Of a stretch of 64,000 nt of DNA, positions 60,466 through 64,000 are shown piece after piece. The position numbers and the translations under genes were made by a program. The stretch comes from Macrostomum lignano (lineage: Eukaryota), in assembly GCA_002269645.1 (NCBI GenBank), contig NIVC01003986.1:2341-66340 (forward strand). Direction: 5' to 3'. The notes beneath the pieces were generated by a model. It was not told where the DNA came from, searched no databases, and saw nothing but the letters and a program-made list of their open reading frames with translations. Numbering within the stretch: the stretch's first letter is position 1; the number at the start of each line of letters is the position of its first letter.

Positions 60466-61319
60466 TTTGCAACTTGAGTACCGTACTGCTTACGAGTTAT
60501 TTATGGACCGCCCAGTTTATTAGTTCATCATATACATACACAAGTAGTCGTACTAATGCTGTTAAGCTACATGTGCAAATAATGGCAAAGCAACAAGCAG
60601 TATCAAGGCTTCTGCAGATGGAAATGTAAAATTTTGTTTAAGACAGTAGATTGCATAACTTACATGATTAAAAAAACTATTTTTGTAATTGTAGTTTTAC
60701 AAAAATTCGAAACGTAATATTTATTTTATAAGGTCAAAACCTTAATATATCAAAGCACCTTTAATAAAAGAAGAAAATTAATGATTTTAGGGCAGTCAAA
60801 ACCGGCAGTCAAATTGACTGGCGCACAAGCACTTTGGTCAATGGAAAACAAACCAACACAGCAGGCAAATCATCTAGAACTTTGAAGATACAGAGGCGCT
60901 GCAATTGAAAAACTAGCAAAAAATATAATCAACGGTACATTGCTACTCAAAACAATAAGCGCTAAGGAAAAGGCAGTTTTGAGTAAAATAAATGATTGGA
61001 AATTGCAAGATCGACACAAAAAATCGAAGGGACCGCACTCTGAGAAAAACTGGACACCGATTGATATTGCAAAAGTGAAAAAAGCCACCAGTGCATGTCA
61101 TGTTTGGAGAAAAGTTTACTTGAAACTTCTCACAAATTAGATTTAAAAAATCTTCATCGGCCAGTGCCAGGGCTGATGAACTCTGGAAATTGGTGCGGCA
61201 TCTGTGTGAGATTGCAGGGTGAGGCGTCGGGGGCATGCGGTTGTATTTAAAAATAAAATATGGAAAGAAAAAGTTCACCATAGAACAGAATTTATTGGCA
61301 AAATTTGTTTTATGAAAAC

Positions 61320-61642
61320 TTCACTCTCAGAAACTCGCGGATTCACTCACAGAAACTCCCGGATTCACTCACAGAAACTCCCGGATTCACTCACAGAAAC
61401 TCGCGGATTCACTCACAGAAACTCCCGGATTCACTCACAGAAACTCCCGGATTCACTCACAGAAACTCGCGGATTCACTCACAGAAACTCCCGGATTCAC
61501 TCACAGAAACTCCCGGATTCACTCACAGAAACTCCCGGATTCACTCACAGAAACTCCCGGATTCACTCACAGAAACTCCCGGATTCACTCACAGAAACTC
61601 CCGGATTCACTCACAGAAACTCCCGGATTCACTCACAGAAAG
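61320..61642. repeat. 22-bp minisatellite
   Basis: Unit CACTCACAGAAACTCCCGGATT. Confidence 0.95.
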
Positions 61643-61744
61643 TCGATTTCACCCCGGAATCTCACAGACGCAGATTCACCCACACTTGCAGATTCACCCA
61701 AGCTCAGTACTCAAAGGAGTCCCCACACGCCAAAGCGAGGCCGC

Positions 61745-64000
61745 TCAATCGATGAGCTCCGGGTAGCAGGTGGCGAGGCAGCCGGGCCCGATGGTGTGGC
61801 AGAAGACCCGCACCCGGTGCGGCCCGATCCGAGCCTGCGGCCGTTGGCCCCCGCAACACAGAAAGGCAACGGTGTACAAGGCGAGTTCGAACTCCGGACT
61901 GACGCCGACAAAGCCGCCGCCGCGCGGTTTGACGGGCCCGTCATCCAGGCTGAACTTCAGCGCGGCCAGGCCTGGCTGCCCGTCCACGCCCGGCGCGGCG
62001 GTGCCTCGCCTGTAGTAGCCGAAGTAGTTGAGGCGGCCCGCCCGCTCCAGCAGGTACAGCTGCAGCCAGTTGTGCGCGCCCGTCACCGAGGCCGCCTCCG
62101 AGTCCGAGCCGTCCTCGGAGCGGGTCTCGCCGACAAACACGTGCTCGAATGCGCTGGAGTCCTGGCGGCGGGGCGACAGATAATGCAATGCTGCCTTCTG
62201 ATTGGCTGCTCTGCTCTCAGGCTTCATTAAGTCCCCGAAGCTGGTCACTGATTGGCTGCTCTGCTCTCAGGCTTCATTCAGTCCCCCAAGCTGGTCACTG
62301 ATTGGCTGCTCTGCTCTCAGGCTTCGATCAGTCCCCCAAGCTGGTCACTGATTGGCTGCTCTGCTCTCAGGCTTCATTCAGTCGCCCCAGCTGGTCACTG
62401 ATTGGCTGCTCTGCTCTCAGGCTTCATTCAGTCGCCCCAGCTGGTCACTGATTGGCTGCTCTGCTCTCAGGCTTCATTCAGTCGCCCCAGCTGGTCACTG
62501 ATTGGCTGCTCTGCTCTCAGGCTTCATTCAGTCGCCCCAGCTGGTCACTGATTGGCTGCTCTGCTCTCAGGCTTCATTCAGTCGCCCCAGCTGGTCACTG
62601 ATTGGCTGCTCTGCTCTCAGGCTTCATTCAGTCGCCCCAGCTGGTCACTGATTGGCTGCTCTGCTCTCAGGCTTCATTCAGTCGCCCCAGCTGGTCACTG
62701 ATTGGCTGCTCTGCTCTCAGGCTTCATTAAGTCGCCCTGCAGCTGGTCACTGCTTGGCTGCTTTGCTCTCAGGCTTCATTATTACGTCTGAGATCATTTT
62801 CACTTGTCTGAGATCACCTGCGCTTGTCTGAGTCTCTGAGATCACCTGCGCTTGTCTGAGATCACCTGCCCTTGTCTGAGATCATCTTCACTTGTCTGAG
62901 ATCATCTTTACTTGTCTGAGATCATCTTCACTTGTCTGAGATCATCTTCACTTGTCTGAGATCATCTTTACTTGCCTGAGATACCTGCGCTTGCCTGAGA
63001 TCACCTGCACTTGTCTGAGATCATCTTCACTTGTCTGAGATCATATTCACTTGCCTGAGATCACCTGCGCTAGCCTGAGATCACCTGCACTTGTCTGAGA
63101 TCATCTTCACTTGTCTTGAGATCATATTCACTTGCCTGAGATCACCTGCACTTGTCTGAGATCATCTTCACTTGTCTGAGATCATATTCACTTGCCTGAG
63201 ATCACCTGCGCTAGCCTGAGATCACCTGCACTTGTCTGAGATCCAGAGTGGGACTAAACACCAACTGAACCCAGCCTGCTCCTACCGGGCCATCAGCCGC
63301 TTACTCGTACCTGGAGGTTCCTGGGCCGCCGCGCACCCGCTTGTACATGCGGAACCAGATCTGGTCCAGCTCCGCGGCGAAACCTCGAACGCTCTGGCTG
63401 GCGAGGCCACGCCCGGCCAGGAACCGGTGAGCCGCCCGCATCGGCCGCGTGTCCAGACAGGCCTGGATGAAGGCGGCGTTCTCGCTCAGCTCCTCCGCTG
63501 TCACCGACTCCGGGACGCCCACCGCCAGCTCGTAGTTGTCCAGCAGGGCGGCGAATGCTGCGGCGGGATGGGGGTGGCACACCGGTTGAGAGACACCGGC
63601 TGGTAATGTAAGACACCTATTTGGTAGGAAACCTGGGACACCAGTTGGTAATGTAAGACACCGGTTATTACTCTAATTACTGGCTAATGTAAAGACACTG
63701 GCTAGGGATATGAGACACTGGGTGATGATATGAGACACTGGGTGATGATATGAGACACTGGGTGATGATATGAGACACTGGGTGATGATATGAGACACTG
63801 GGTGATGATATGAGACACTGGGTGATGATATGAGACACTGGGTGATGATATGAGACACTGGGTGACGATATGAGACACTGGCTAAGTAAGTACTGAGCTA
63901 CTGAGTAAGCACAGATCCGCACAGTTACAAGATTAACAGGACAGCAAGAGTTCGAGCTCGGCGCAGGCACAGAGCTGGCCCAGACTCACCCCGGTAGTGG
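61745..64000 (-). CDS. ENDOU: EndoU/XendoU poly(U)-specific endoribonuclease, 3' exons (>64000-63990, 63557-~63311, 62161-61745); 5' part lies outside the window
   Basis: AFAALLDNYE, IWFRMYKR, DSSAFEHVFVGE, TGAHNWLQLY, K, VSPEFELALYT; catalytic His/His/Lys-type motifs are present. Confidence 0.9.
62195..62780. repeat. 50-bp intronic minisatellite
   Basis: Unit ATTGGCTGCTCTGCTCTCAGGCTTCATTCAGTCGCCCCAGCTGGTCACTG. Confidence 0.95.
62790..63242. repeat. 20-bp intronic minisatellite
   Basis: Unit TGAGATCATCTTCACTTGTC and variants. Confidence 0.93.
63705..63880. repeat. 20-bp intronic minisatellite
   Basis: Unit ATGAGACACTGGGTGATGAT. Confidence 0.95.

Noticed and set aside
1-64000. rRNA or tRNA genes
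   Set aside because: No recognisable conserved rRNA motifs or cloverleaf/A-B box structure were seen by eye.

Overview
This is a eukaryotic (animal) window with spliceosomal GT-AG introns, GC3-rich exons and introns packed with minisatellites. The style suggests a repeat-rich invertebrate such as a Macrostomum-like flatworm, which is my inference. I could reconstruct seven host genes by hand: a single-exon GT13/GnT-I glycosyltransferase, an unrecognised two-exon ~200-aa secreted Cys-containing protein, IFT74 (6 exons), an intronless DEG/ENaC channel with a perfect X-box upstream, an IA-2/PTPRN-type pseudophosphatase, an Ig protein with an L1CAM/neuroglian-type tail (FIGGY instead of FIGQY) but a non-canonical ectodomain, and EndoU (partial). 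Mobile DNA includes a 5'-truncated Ty3/Gypsy element with its 3' LTR and PPT, two divergent Crypton-like (DUF3504-type) tyrosine recombinase genes, Tc1/IS630-like TIR derivatives and two hAT MITEs with 8-bp TSDs. The most unusual signal is an 8-mer, CCATAGAC/GTCTATGG, seen at least 24 times by eye against about 2 expected. It sits almost entirely in hairpins and inverted repeats around the recombinase genes and in the TIR elements. No rRNA, tRNA or CRISPR array was found.
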